Assembly: GCA_951406725.2 (NCBI GenBank)
Contig: OX597835.1
Location: 43,586,001-43,650,000 of the forward strand
Origin: Octopus vulgaris
Lineage: Eukaryota
DNA length: 64,000 nt
Direction of reading: 5' to 3'
The notes under the pieces were generated by a model. That model made no database searches and had not been told where the DNA came from. It saw only the letters and a list, made by a program, of their open reading frames with translations. Both the position numbers and the translations under genes were made by a program. Positions 48,168-61,023 of this stretch are shown here, piece after piece (the stretch's first letter is position 1; the number at the start of each line of letters is the position of its first letter).

Positions 48168-48765
48168 TCTTTTACTTGTTTCAGTCATTAGACTGCGGCC
48201 ATGCTGGGGCACTATCTTGTAGAATCTCTAGGCGAACTAATCGACTCCAGTACTTTTGTTAAATCTGGTACATATTCTATCGTCCTCTTTTGCCGAACCG
48301 CTAGACTACGAGAACGTAAACACCAACACCAGTTGTCAAGCGGTGGCGGGGGGACAAATATAAAAACAAGGCGCAGGAGTGTGTTAAGAAGCTTGCTTCC
48401 CAACCACATGTTTCTGGGTTCAGTCCCACTGCATGGCACCTTGGGCAAGTGTCTTCTACTACAGCCTTGGGCTAACCAAAGCCTTGTGAGTGGATTTGGT
48501 AGGCGGAAACTGAAAGAAGCCTGTTGTATATATTTACTCATACATACATATATATATGTATGTATGTATGGGTGTGTGTATATGTTTGTCCCCCACCATC
48601 GCTTGACAACCGATGTTGGTGTGTCCCCATAACTTAACAGTTTGGCAAAAGAGACCGACAGAATAAATACTAGGTTTACAAAGAATAAGTCCCGGGTTCG
48701 ATTTGTTCGACTAAAGGCGGTGCTCCAGCATGACCACAGTCAACTGAAACAAATAAAAGAATAAG
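48168..48765. mobile_element. Inverted SINE A pair in MRPS2 intron 1
   Basis: 48168-48358 (-, 3' half) and 48370-48765 (+). Confidence 0.85.
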
Positions 48766-49541
48766 AGACAAAGATATGGGGGCAACTGAATGCTCAAAAT
48801 GAGGAGCAGATAGACAGCTGATGAAGGGTTCTTTCTCTGTATTTACTTGTCCTGTTCCCCATTTTTTCCTTGTTTATGTATTTCATGTTATTTGCACTGT
48901 TGGTGACGTCCTGTACTCATATGTGCATGTATATATATATATATTTTTATATATGACATAATGCATTGTAAATAAACAATAACAAGTAAAAGATGTACAA
49001 CATCTACTGAGTGTACAACTGGATGGGAGACAGACACAGAAGGTCCGTAATTCTTCATTGATTATCAACCAGGTGGTCTCTCCCATCTGTTTGTACACTC
49101 AGCCTACCTTATGTTTGCAGTTTTTCATTTATTAAGTAAGGTATGCAACGCACACCCGGCTTTTAACATTAAGTATATATATATCATCATCTTCATCATT
49201 TAACGTCCCTTTTTCATGCTAGCATAGGTTGGACAGTTCAACCGGGGTCTGGTAAGCCATGGAGGCTGCACCAGGCTCCAGTCTGATTTGGCAGTGTTTC
49301 TACAGCTGGATGCCCTTCCTAATGCCAACCACTCCGTAAGTGTAGTGGGTGTTTTTTACGTGCCACCGGCACAGAGGCCAGTGGAGGCTGGCAAACGGCC
49401 ACGATCGGATGGTGCTTTTTATGTGTCACTGACACGGATGCCAGTCAGGCGGCGCTGGCATCTGCTACGTTCAGACGGTACATTTTACATGTCACCAGCA
49501 CGGGTATCTTAACTACAATTTCTATTTGAATTTTTATTTTG

Positions 49542-49577
<36 letters not shown>

Positions 49578-49692
49578 AAAAGCAATAAAGATTCAAGTTA
49601 ATTTAAATGAATTTACTTGAATATGGTACCTAACTTAGATGCACCAAAAAACTATACGGTTTTAACAATACAGTAATGTGGGGTGATTATAA

Positions 49693-49806
49693 GCGAGAAA
49701 GAAGCAACAAGAATGGATAGGTTTTTAGTACAATCGTTTCATACAATCGTCCTTGTATGAAACGATTGTACTAAAAACCTATCCATTCTTGTTGCTTCTT
49801 TCTCGC
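49693..49806. repeat. Perfect 54 bp inverted repeat with a 6 nt loop
   Basis: gcgagaaag...tttcatacaa-tcgtcc-ttgtatgaaa...ctttctcgc. Confidence 0.95.
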
Positions 49807-49807
49807 G

Positions 49808-49835
<28 letters not shown>

Positions 49836-49838
<3 letters not shown>

Positions 49839-50075
49839 GGGTCTACCTCTTCTACAGGTCCTCTCAACTGCTAGGGTGTGACACTTTTTCACACAGCTAT
49901 CCACATCCATTCTCACCACATGACCATACCAGTGCAGTCGTCCCTCTTGCACACCACATCTGATGCTTCTTAGGTCCAGCTTTCCTCTCAAGGCACTGAC
50001 ATTACACATCCATTGGAGCATCCTGGCTTCATTCCTTGCGAGCTTACACCCATCCTCAGCAGTCATTCTAACCAT
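49836..50075 (-). mobile_element. RTE LINE fragment
   Basis: Homologous to 38200-38460 (RLHWYGHVVRMD..GRPR). Confidence 0.88.
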
Positions 50076-50301
50076 TTATTACTCTCCTCACCACACACTC
50101 TTGATTCTCTGATCCCATTCTCTCTCCTTCTACCTGACACCTCATCTCCACCCATTCTTTCTTCCTCCCCATCTGTGCTAGCCACGTATCTCTCCTTTAC
50201 AACAAGACACCTGTTCTTGTCCCTCTCTCTTACTTGAGCCCTTCAACACCCAGTATAAACCCACGGCCCTCAATACTGAACTTTCACTCACTCGAGGGGA
50301 T

Positions 50302-50530
50302 TTAACCCTTTAGTGTTTGCATTATTCTGCCAAAATTAATGCTTTTTCATCCACATTGCCTTGAACTAATCAGGCATTATCTTGTAGCTTTGAGATTTTA
50401 ATGAAGTAGCTGTTAATTTTTAAAACGATATTGTAGGGTTGGTGTGAGAGACCAGATCTGGCCAGTTTGAACATAAAACAGGTAGGATACTTTTGGTCGG
50501 ATACGGCTGGTTTAAATGCTAAAGGGTTAA
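50302..50530. mobile_element. TTAA MITE
   Basis: ttaaccctttagtgtttg...atgctaaagggttaa. Confidence 0.8.
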
Positions 50531-50782
50531 TCTTGCAAGCTACTTCCTGACCTCTTTAGTTTTGGAGTCACAAAAGATTGCTCAATGCACTCTTGAAAGT
50601 GGTTGGCACTAGGAAGGGCATGCAACCATAGAAACCCCTGCCAAAGCAGACATTGGAGCTTGATGCTATTCTCTGGCTCATCAGATCCTATTGAACCATC
50701 CAACCGAATCCAGCAGGAGAAATGGACATTAAATAATGATGTTGATGATGATGATGATATTTCTCTTTTCTTCTTTTTCCAG

Positions 50783-50908
50783 AAAACTGTTGCCGTGTAA
50801 ACAATGTGAACCCTTTATCAAAGAAATCTCCTTTTCCTACGAGATTCTCTTCATCAGTCTCTCAAACGAATCCTATTCATGAAGAACAAAGATCTGTTGT
50901 AAAATCAG
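50783..50908 (+). CDS. MRPS2: MRPS2 putative exon 2
   Basis: Strong pyrimidine tract + ccag; 126 nt open (NCCRVNNVNPLSKKSPFPTRFSSSVSQ...KS); donor CAG|GTAACT; phase 1/1. Confidence 0.75.
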
Positions 50909-51096
50909 GTAACTTGAATTTTTCTTTTGTTTTTATTTTCATTCTGGTTTCCAAGTCACTGGAATACGACCATCTACGAAGATATGCAAGTAATTACACC
51001 TACCACCCACCTCCACCCTTGTTCTTCATTTTACTGAATATGCCATCAAGTCCCTATTCTAATTCTCTGTATTTCTGTTATTATTGTCATCATTAT

Positions 51097-51690
51097 TAAG
51101 GTGGTGAGCTGCTAGAACCGTTAGTATGCCAGGTAAAATGCTTTATGGTATTTTGCCCATTTAAGGCGGCGAGCTGGCAGAAACGTTAGCACACCAGGCG
51201 AAATGCTTATCGGTATTTCATCTGCCGAGGTCGACTTTGCCTTTCATCCTTTCGGGGTCAATTAAATAAGTACCAGTTGTGCACTGGGGTTGATATAATT
51301 GACTTAATCTGTTTGTCTGTCTTTGTTTGTCCTCTGTGTTTAGCCCCTTGTGGATTGTAAAGAAATAGGTATTTTGCCCATTGCTGCGTTCTGAGTTCAA
51401 ATTCCACCGACGTCTACTTTGCCTTTCATCCTTTCGGGGTCGATAAATTAAGTACCAGTGAAACACTGGGGTCGATGTAATCGACTCATCCTCTCCCTCA
51501 AAATGGCTGCCCTTGTGGCAAAATTTGAAACCATTATTATTATTATTATTATTAAAGGTGGTGAGCTGGCAGAATCATTAGCATGCTGGGCAAAATGCAT
51601 AGTGATATTTCATCTGTCTTCATGTTCTGAGTTCAAATGCCACCAGGGTTGAGTTTGCTTTCATCCTTTAAGGGTCAATAAATTAAGTGC
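51097..51690 (+). mobile_element. Nested SINE B cluster
   Basis: An inner copy at 51163-51365 is flanked by the duplicated ggtattttgcccatt. Confidence 0.8.
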
Positions 51691-52574
51691 CAGTGAAACA
51701 TCTTAGAGCTTTGAAGTTTCAATGGTGTGATAGTTTAATCTTAGAATGTCAATGTAGGTTAGGTGTTAGGGGTTAGATATGGCCAGTTTAAATGTAAAAG
51801 CATGTAGGATATTTGGGCTGGATATGGCCAGCTTAAGCATAAAAGGGTTAAGGGTCAATAAATTAAGTGCCAGTGAAACACCGGGGTCGATAGTTTATAT
51901 ATATATAATATAGATGCAAGTACAAGTGAGGATATAAACCTCAGAGGGATAAAAATATCCAAGATTAGACTGGTTGAATACCCAACAATATTGGCACCTT
52001 TAATGGTTTACTGTATTTTTTGTGTTTAATGTTAAATGCGATAAATTTCTTTGTACTTGGTGCTTTTTACATGCCCCTGGCACAAGTGCCAGTGATGAAT
52101 TGAAACAATTGTGGGTCTAGTCTTATTATATTATCTCTTGGTTTTATAATAATAATATATATATATATTGAAACCCCCTTCGGTCATGACTGACCGTGGG
52201 ATTGCACCTAGAAAGTTACCCTCCAAGGCACAAGTCCGGGCAAGGTTGTTTATGGAAGACCAGCAGTCGCCCCTGCATACCAGCCTCCCCTCTCCGTGCC
52301 ACTGATCTTACCCAAGGGAAAGGCAAAGGGGCCGATACAGCTTGGCATGAGTGACACCGCTACTCATTTCTACAGCTGAGTGACCTGGAGCAACATGAAA
52401 TAAAGTGTCTTGCTCAAGAACACAACACATCGTCTGATCCAGGAATTGAACTTGCAGTCTTGTGTTTGTGAATGCAATGCCCGAACCACTAAGCCATGTA
52501 CCATTATATATACATACACACACAAACACAGAGGTATATATATTTATATATTCCATTTCTTTTCTTTTTTGTAG

Positions 52575-53227
52575 ATGAAGCTGGTGGATATATTGAACTT
52601 GCTGTTCCCAAAGAAGAGGATTATTTTGGGGTCCATAAACTGGTTACCATTAAAAAGCTTTTCTCCAGTCGGGTTCACTTTGGCCACAAAAAGGGACTCC
52701 GTAATCCCTACATGCTTCCATACATTTATGGGAACCGGTTGGATGTTGACATCATTGACCTTGACAAGACGCTACCTTTGTTCCAGAATGCTTTAAATTT
52801 CACAGCCCACATAGCTTACCAGCAGGGCATCATTCTGTTCATGAGTCGTCACATACAGATGATGCCTATCATAGAACAGACGGCGAGAGAGTGTGGAGAA
52901 TATGCAAACTGCCGTGAATGGGGTGGTGGGATCTTTACCAATTCCAAAGTGATGTTTGGTGCCGTCACACGTTTGCCAGACCTTGTGATTTTTATTAGTA
53001 CTCTAAGCACGGTCTTTGAGCCACACACAGCCATCCGAGACAGTGCTAAAATGTGTATTCCTACAATTGGAATCGTTGACACTAACACAGATCCTCGACT
53101 CATCACATATCCTGTACCTGGGAATGATGACTCTCCAGCTTCCATAGAACTCTATCTTGACCTCTTCAAGTCTGCGATTCTAATTGGTAAAGAAAAACGG
53201 AAGCAGGACGAAAGTAAATTGGTGTAG
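52575..53227 (+). CDS. MRPS2: MRPS2 main exon (ribosomal protein uS2 domain)
   Basis: DYFGVHKLVTIKKLFSSRVHFGHK...DIIDLDKT...RLPDLVIF...IPTIGIVDTNTDPRLITYPVPGNDDS is the uS2 signature of the mitochondrial type. Confidence 0.96.
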
Positions 53228-53275
53228 GGGACTTTTTCTTCTTTTTTTTGCAGTTTTTGGAATTTAGTTGAAACA

Positions 53276-53284
53276 ATAAATAAA
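53276..53284 (+). terminator. Putative MRPS2 polyadenylation signal (AATAAATAAA) followed by a GT-rich tract
   Basis: aataaataaa about 50 nt after the stop, then gtttatgttgttg. Confidence 0.6.
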
Positions 53285-54035
53285 TGACTTGTTTATGTTG
53301 TTGTCGCTGTTGTTGTTTACTCTTGGTCATTCCTGGCCAAAGATCAAAGACAGTCCAGCAGTGACTGTTCCACTTTTATGTTTTGGGGAATAGCAGGGAC
53401 TCTATTGTCCAAGGCTCACCAAAACTTTGTAAATGAATTTGGTGGACAGAAACCAGTCAAATATATGTCTGTGTGTCTTTGTGTCTCCTTGTCTTGATAT
53501 TGCATGATGGTTGTAAAGGAGTGTCGTTAGTTTCCTGTCTTCTGAGAAAAACCTGGTGTGACCATGGAGGGGAAATATTACTTGGCTTGGAAACTGGTGA
53601 GGGTTGGTAACAGCAAGGGTATCCACCTGTAAAAAAATTTGCATCAATAAAACTCCGCCTGACCTTTGCAAGCATAGGAAAATGGATGGTGATGAATGCT
53701 ATTTCCAATAATTCTTTGTTCAACAAGAAACCCGTGTGACAATTAGGATTTAAAAAATTATTACATACCTTGTACAGTTCTGTGGAATGGAAGGCAATGC
53801 ACAGATGAAACTTCTCATTCTTGACTGGCCATGAGCTAAATGACAAATGCATCACTTGCTTTGATGCTGTCTGGCCTAACGGACAGCAAGGTGTGATGAG
53901 GGTCTCAAGTCAGTGAAGACTGAATTTGTATCTACACACATTTATAGAAATGGACAAGACGAACCATTGCCCCCGCAGGGAAGTCTTTCCTCACCATGCT
54001 AGCAATGGTTACCAGGGATAACGCTACTGAAACAC

Positions 54036-54475
54036 CCTCGACTCCTCACGTATCCTGCAGCTGGGAATGATGACTCTCCAGTTTCCATAGAACTCTATCT
54101 TATTTCTTTATTGCTCAGAAGGGGCTAAACACAGGGGGGACAAACAAGGACAAAGGGATTAAGTCGATTATATCGACTCCAGTGCGTAACTGATACTTAA
54201 TTTATCGACCTCGAAAGGATGAAAGGCAAAATTGACCTCAGCGGAATTTGAACTCAGAATGTAACGGTAGACGAAATACTGCTAAGCATTTCGCCCGGCG
54301 TGCTAACGATTCTGCCAGTTCACCGCCTTAATAGAACTCTATCTTGACCTCTTCAAGTCTGCAATTCCAATTTGTAAAAGAAAAACGGAAGCAGGACGAA
54401 AGTAAATTGATGCAAGGGATTTTTTTTTCCTTGCAGTTTTTGGAATTTAGTGGAAGCAATAAATAAATGACTTAT
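54036..54475 (+). pseudogene. Degenerate copy of the MRPS2 3' end (last ~45 codons plus 3' UTR), interrupted by a SINE
   Basis: cctcgactcctcacgtatcctgcagctgggaatgatgactctcc...gcaggacgaaagtaaattg...aataaataaatgactt aligns by eye to 53093-53290. Confidence 0.9.
54102..54330 (-). mobile_element. SINE family B with a 15 bp target-site duplication
   Basis: ATAGAACTCTATCTT at 54087-54101 and 54331-54345. Confidence 0.92.
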
Positions 54476-54577
54476 TTTTGAAGAAGACTAGCCATTGCCC
54501 CTGCAGGAAAGTCTTCCCTCACCATGCTAGCAATGGTAAGGTTGCTGGAACACCCAGACTTAGATATATAGAGTTGC

Positions 54578-55313
54578 TGGCGTGGTTGAGTGGTTCAGAA
54601 GCTGGCTTCTCAAACATAGATATTCAGGTTCAGTCCCACTGCACAAATGTCTTCTACTATAGCTGACCAAAGCCTTGAGTGGATTTGCTAGATGGAAACT
54701 GAAATGAAGCTCTCTGTGAATATATATATGTAGGTGCAGGTGTGGTAAGAAGCTTGCTTCTCAACCACATGGTTCTGGGTTCAGCCCCACTGCGTGGTAC
54801 CTTGGGCAAGAGTCTTCTACTATAGCCTCAGGCCAACCAAAGCCTTGTGAGTGGATTTGGTAGACGGAAACTGAAAGATGCCTGTCGTATGTATACATAT
54901 ATATTTATGTGTGTCTGTGTTTGTTCCCCGACCATCACTTGACAACCGATGTTGGTATGTTTACGTCCTCATAACTTAGCAGTTTGGCAAAAGAACTGAT
55001 AGAATAAGTACCAGGATCGATTTCTTTGACTAAAAGGCGATGCTCCAGCATGGCCGCAGCCGAATGACTGGAACAAATAAAAGTATATACATCTTTTACT
55101 TGTTTCAGTTGTTTGACTGTGGTCATGCTGGGGCACTACTTTAAAAAGTCTTTTTTTAAAGTAAGAAATTGGACCCCAGGACTTATTCTTTGTAAGCTTA
55201 CTACTCATTCTATCAATATCTTTTATTGAACCACCAAGTTATGGGGATGTAAACACACCAACATCAGTTGTCAAGCGATGGTGGGGAGGACAAACACACA
55301 CACAATGTATGTA

Positions 55314-55347
<34 letters not shown>

Positions 55348-55565
55348 GTCCAACCCATGCTAGCATGGAAAGCGGACGCTAAACGATGATGATATATATA
55401 CACACACACGATGGACTTCTTTCAGTTTCTGTCTGCCAAACCCACTCACAAGGCTTTGGTTGGCCCAATTAGAAGATAATTTCCTTAGGTGCCCCACAGT
55501 GGGACTGAACCCAGAACCATGTGGTTGGGAAGCAAGCTTCTTACCACACAGCCATGCCTGCGCCT
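54578..55565. mobile_element. SINE A cluster with a tail-to-tail inverted pair
   Basis: 54732-55085 (+) directly abuts 55093-55565 (-). Confidence 0.85.
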
Positions 55566-55867
55566 TAATAATAATAATAATAATTATAAATATATTTTTT
55601 ATTATTTAAAACTGATTGATTTGGCTTTGTGTGACTTAAAGTTTCACAGGCCCCTAACAGAAACCCATCTCTTTCAAGTTTAGATTACTGAATGAAGGAA
55701 CACAGGAAGTCCAAGACGACCACTGGTCAAGACGGATCACATAATGTTATCAGAATAAGATCGGTTGCTCAGCCACAGCAATTCCTTTAGAAAGGGGAAT
55801 TTCTTTGATTGTGTGGCTGGATTGGTGGGGCCTAAGTTTCTGGGTGCAGTGGAAGATTGGTGAGTGT

Positions 55868-56472
55868 GTCATCATCATCATCATTTAACGTCCGTTTTCC
55901 ATGCCGGCATGGGTTGGATGGTTTGACTGAGGCCTGGCAAGCCAGAAGGCTACACCAGGCTCCAATCTGATCTGTCAAGGTTTCTACAGCTGGATGTCCT
56001 TCCTAATGCCAACCACTCCGAGAGTGTAGTGGGTGCTTTTTATGTGCCACCGGCACAGAAGCCAGTCAGATAGTGCTTTTTACATGCCACTGGCATCAAC
56101 CACATTTGGATGGTGCTTTTTACGTGCAAGTGGCACAGGAGCCAGTCAGGGGGCACTGGCTATAGCTATGATTTTAATTTTACTTGACTCAACAGAAGTC
56201 TTCTGAAACATATCATGCCGCCCGATGCATCAAGGGTACCTTTAAATGGGCTGGTTATGTGACACTGGTGTAGGCTACGGCTGCGATCTCACTTTAGTTG
56301 CCGGGTCTTTTCAATCACACCATATCTCCAAAGGTCTTCACCACCTCATCCCATGTCTTCCTGGGTCTACCTCTTCCACAGGGTGCGGCACTTCTTCGCA
56401 CAGTTGTCCCCATCCATACATAACACATGATCATACTAGCGCAGTCGTCTCTCTTGCACACCACATTTGATG
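55868..56472 (-). mobile_element. Decayed RTE LINE 3' end
   Basis: GRGRPRKTWDEVVK remnant, the same 3' UTR and an (ATC)n tail. Confidence 0.8.
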
Positions 56473-57855
56473 CTTGTTTGTGTATGTATATATATGTGGT
56501 GTGTATATATACATTATATATATATATATATACACACCTGTATATTGCATTATATTTGTAAATGAGCATCACCATCATACACTAAGTATCTTTCATTTCC
56601 TATCTTCTGTGAAAACATGTCTGGCCTGGTAAGTGTTGCTTGGAATCAGATGAGAGTTGGTGACAGGAAAGGCATCCGGCTATAGAAAATCTACCTCAAT
56701 GAATTGTGTGACCCATGAAAAAAAAATGCACATTGATGATGATGATAAATGCAAAGCTTTATTAAGTGTTGTCACCTGCAAATTCACTTTATAAACAAGG
56801 CAAAGGGAACACAAAATTTTAAATAAAGTACATTTATTTTATACATACATGTATTGTGTATATACTCACATATTAGCTCAAGCGATATTACATCTCGTTC
56901 ACAAAATTCCATGTCTGAAAACAATTCTTTACAAAGAGATGGTTGACAAAAAAATGTCTGTCAAGCTTGGTAACGCTGCAATGTCTCATTCTAAAAATAA
57001 ACACTTACATCTTCAAAATCTCAAAGCTATGAGATAATCCATGATTAATCTTGTAAAATGTGAATGTATATAAGCATTATATATGATGAAGTTATCCGAA
57101 TGTTATAGGGTGAGATAAAAATGTGTTTGTTTTTGTATGTAGGTAAGTAGCATATTAAAATCCTAATTATAGATTTTACAGGTGGTAAATTTAATCTACT
57201 GCCCTGGTTAAACTTGACCATGTGGCCATTAGATATCTCCAGACAAGTCCACCATTGAAACTTCAAAGCTGTTAGATAATGTATGATTAATTGAAAATAA
57301 TTTTAGTGAAAAAAGTATTACATTTAACAGATTAATCTGAACACTAAAGGGTTAAACTTGACCATGTGGCCATTAGATATCTCCAGACAAGTCCAGCCAG
57401 TTGCAACAATTCGGGACATATTGTTACTGTTGTCGTTAATCTTCTGGCTAGTCCAGACCAATGATGAAAGACAACCCAAGAGTGACTGTCCTGTTTTGTT
57501 TTCTTTTTAATTTGAGTAACAGGGATCCATCATTATCTGAAGCTGAGAGTATATTTGGTCACCAGAAACTGAATGAAACCTGTCACACACACACACACAC
57601 ACAATAAATGAGGGAAATGGAAATTGGGGTTAGCAAGAATCTTTATTCAACACAAATTCTTCCGAACTCCATCTTCTGTTTCCCACATTCATTTTAAACT
57701 CAACGAACACTGCAGAATTCCTGACATAGACCCAGTGACACATACCACTGTGGATGACATCAGATAGCCTAAACAGTGAAAGTGCTTTAATCGGCATACA
57801 ACCAACCATATACCCGAGGTCCAAATAATAAATTTTATATATGTATATATATATA

Positions 57856-58263
57856 GGTGCAGGAGTGGCTGTGTGGTAAGTAGCTTGCTTACCAACCACA
57901 TGGTTCCAGGTTCAGTCCCACTGTGTGGCACCTTGGGCAAATTTCTACTAAAGCGTCGGGCCGACCAAAGCCTTGTAAGTGGATTTGGTAAACAGAAACT
58001 GAAAGAAGCCTGTTGTATATATGTATATATATATGTATGTGTGTGTATATGTTTGTGTGTCTGTGTTTGTCCTCCCAACATCGCCTGACAACTGATGCTG
58101 GTGTGTTTACGTCCCCGTTACTTAGCAGTTCGGCAAAAGAGACCAATAGAATAAGTACTAGACTTACAAAGAATAAGTCCTGGGGTTGATTTGCTCGACT
58201 AAAGACGGTGCTCCAGCATGGCCACAGTCAAATGACTGAAAGAAGTAAAAGAGAGTAAAGAGT
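57856..58263 (+). mobile_element. SINE family A
   Basis: Full-length copy. Confidence 0.9.
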
Positions 58264-58287
58264 ATATATATATATATATATAATTGT

Positions 58288-58318
<31 letters not shown>

Positions 58319-58511
58319 ATTGTACATATATATGTACAAATATATACAAATTTCCAACCTGAAAATCCTTACTTATCAGGGAAAAACTGAAAAGGGCCCC
58401 AAGCGCAACCCTTCTTTTGATTAAATCACAAAAAAAAGAGGCCAGCTTCTAATTATTTATGTGACTGTGTTTGTTTGCTTTTTTTTTGTATGTGTTTGTG
58501 TGTTTTTGTAT

Positions 58512-58717
58512 CTATGAGACAATGGTTGCTTCTTCTGGTGCCGGTGCAGCAGCAGCAGCAGCCGATGTTGTTGTAACTGTTGCTGCTGTGCTTGTCGTCG
58601 GAGGTGGTTGCAGGGGCAGCGGAGGGATGAGGATTGCCCGTAGCTTCTCGTTTAACTGAGAGATTTCAAGGTTGTACTTCTCGTAAGACTTGACCAGTTG
58701 AGTGAAACGGACCAAAC
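58512..58717 (-). CDS. C12orf57: Protein C10 last exon
   Basis: cttcag|GT; GLVRFTQLVKSYEKYNLEISQLNEKLRAILIPPLPL followed by a Thr/Ala-rich tail and TAG. Confidence 0.9.
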
Positions 58718-59244
58718 CTGAAGCAAAAGACAAAAGAAAATGGAAATTAGACACGAGAGACAAAGGATTGGTGCCAGTCAATTGGCAGATTTGTAAGAGC
58801 ATAGCTCGGAATGCCTAGTGATTCCTTATGCTCTGAGTTCAAATCCACACCAAGACAAGGTCAACTTTGCTTTTATGACTTACTATTCTTCGGTATTGAG
58901 GCGGTGAGCTGGCAGAAACGTTAGCACGCCAGGCAAAATGCGTAGCCGTATTTCGTCTGCCGCTACGTTCTGAGTTCAAATTCCACCGAGGTCGACTTTG
59001 CCTTTCATCCTTTCGGGGTCGATAAATTAAGTACCAGTTACGCACTGGGGTCGATGTAATCGACTTAATCCGTTTGACTGTCTGTGTTTGGCCCCTTGTG
59101 GGTAGTAAAGAAATAGGTACCCATTTTATTAGTTCATAAACTGTACATTTTGGGTATGAGACCAATCTCCCCACTCACCCTGGAAAGCATTGTAATACCT
59201 GGCCCCTGTGATATATTACAATTGAGTTTGCTCAAGCTAGGCCC

Positions 59245-60350
59245 TTAACCCTTTTGTTACCATATTTCTGTGAGAATTCCATTCCTTTGCTTCAACTAAT
59301 TATTTATGATAAAATAATATATTTACAAAATAATATAGTTATGACATATTTCTGTCATGAAACTGCCCAAAGCACCCTTTACACAATGGCACTCTGCTAA
59401 AGGAACACCTATACGAAGCCTCAATCTGAGACCCTTTTGCAGTTTTTCTTTTTTTGCAGCAAACTGTCTGCAAACCTTTTTGCCTCCAATTATCTTTTCG
59501 ACTTGATGAAAGTCAATATTTTCTCTGTTGACATCAGCCTCAGTTAATTTTGTTTTTCTCTCAGTTCTGTGCTTTCTACCTTGATCCCCCATTTAGTAGG
59601 TTTGGCAGGTATGTACTACCGAAAATGTACTCTGCCCTTATAGCCTATCATGGCTTCATCTACACTGAGATTTTCCCCAGGTAGATACACAGTTTTATAA
59701 CTATTAAGGAGTAAATCAATTACAGGACATACTTTGTACAGGGGATCGTAGTTTGGGTCGTTTTTGCTGGGGCCATTAGCAGAATCAGTTAAATGTAAAT
59801 ACTGAGATATTTTTGAATACCTCGTCTTCAACATTATACTCGAAATATATGGATCGTCACACCTTATATGAGGACTCCAGTAGTTCCACAGTCGAGGAAG
59901 CTGTTTAACACCAAACATAATATTAATTGTGAAAGGCGCTCTCACTTTAGCAGTATAAGTAGGCTACCATGGTGGATCACTTCTTCCATGAATAGAAATT
60001 AAGTTATGCATATTTGTGTGTTTTCTCTGCAACATTTTCAAAAAAAAAAACTTTCTGGTAAAAATAAAAATAGTCCAATGGTTGAGCATCAGGAGGTAAA
60101 TCGTGTTGTGGACCAGTGTTTTATGTGAAATCAGGAATAATGATTGGTGTTGTAATCTTTGACCATGTTGCCATGTTTACGATATCATTTTCATCACTTT
60201 CATTCTCACAATCTTCCTCATCCGACGAATAATCACTGATATCAATATCAGATTCATCCAAAGACAAAATACTTTTGTTTTCATTTATATTTTCTATATC
60301 GTCAATTGTAAAACCTTCAAAGCCAGAATCGCTGATGCCATTTCTTTAAC
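59245..60350 (-). mobile_element. Decayed piggyBac (PGBD4-like) transposon in the C10 intron
   Basis: TTAACCCTTT end at 59245; YLHLTDS...YDPLYKVCPVID...YLPGENLSVDEAMIGYKGRVHF; acidic N-terminal and Cys-rich C-terminal remnants. Confidence 0.88.
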
Positions 60351-60816
60351 AACTAAGGTTCACACTTCTCTTCAGATGTTAAAAAAAAAAACCACGTGGT
60401 CTAAACAATTTCACAGTATTTATTCTTGAATAAAGGTGGGGAAAGGTTTCATCTCGCATCATCTCAAAGCTACGAGAATTGAATAATGTGATTTGTTTAT
60501 TTTTTGAGTGATTTTGTAGAACAGCCAGATACAGATGGGTTGGACAAATAAAGGGGAATTAATTTTGGCCAGTTTGAACCCTAAAAGGTTAAGCCGGTCA
60601 GCTGGCAGAGTTGTTAGTATGCTGGGCGAAATGCTTAGTGGTATGTCATTTCTCTTGATGCTCTGAGTCCAAATTCTGCTGAGATCAACTTTGCCTTTCA
60701 TTCTTTTGGGGTTGATAAATTAAGTACCAGTTGCGTACTGGGGTCGATCTAATCAACTGATCCCCTCCCCCAAAATTTCAGGCCTTGAGCTTACAGTAGA
60801 AAAGATTATTATTATA

Positions 60817-60981
60817 GGTGTAGGAATCACTGTGTGGTAAGTAGTTTGTTTACTAACCACATGATTCCAGGTTCAGTCCCACTGCGTGGCACCTTGGGCA
60901 AGTGTCTTCTGCTATAGCCTCGGGCCAACCAAAGCCTTGTGAGTGGATTTGTTAGACAGAAACTGAAAGAAGCCCGTCGTA

Positions 60982-61023
<42 letters not shown>

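Noticed and set aside
52496-52574. N-terminus of the 243 aa ORF as the MRPS2 start
   Set aside because: Intronic microsatellite and pyrimidine tract; the exon begins after gtag at 52575.
52575-53227. Bacterial rpsB acquired by horizontal transfer or contamination
   Set aside because: Has a splice acceptor, upstream transit-peptide exons and mitochondrial-type uS2 features.
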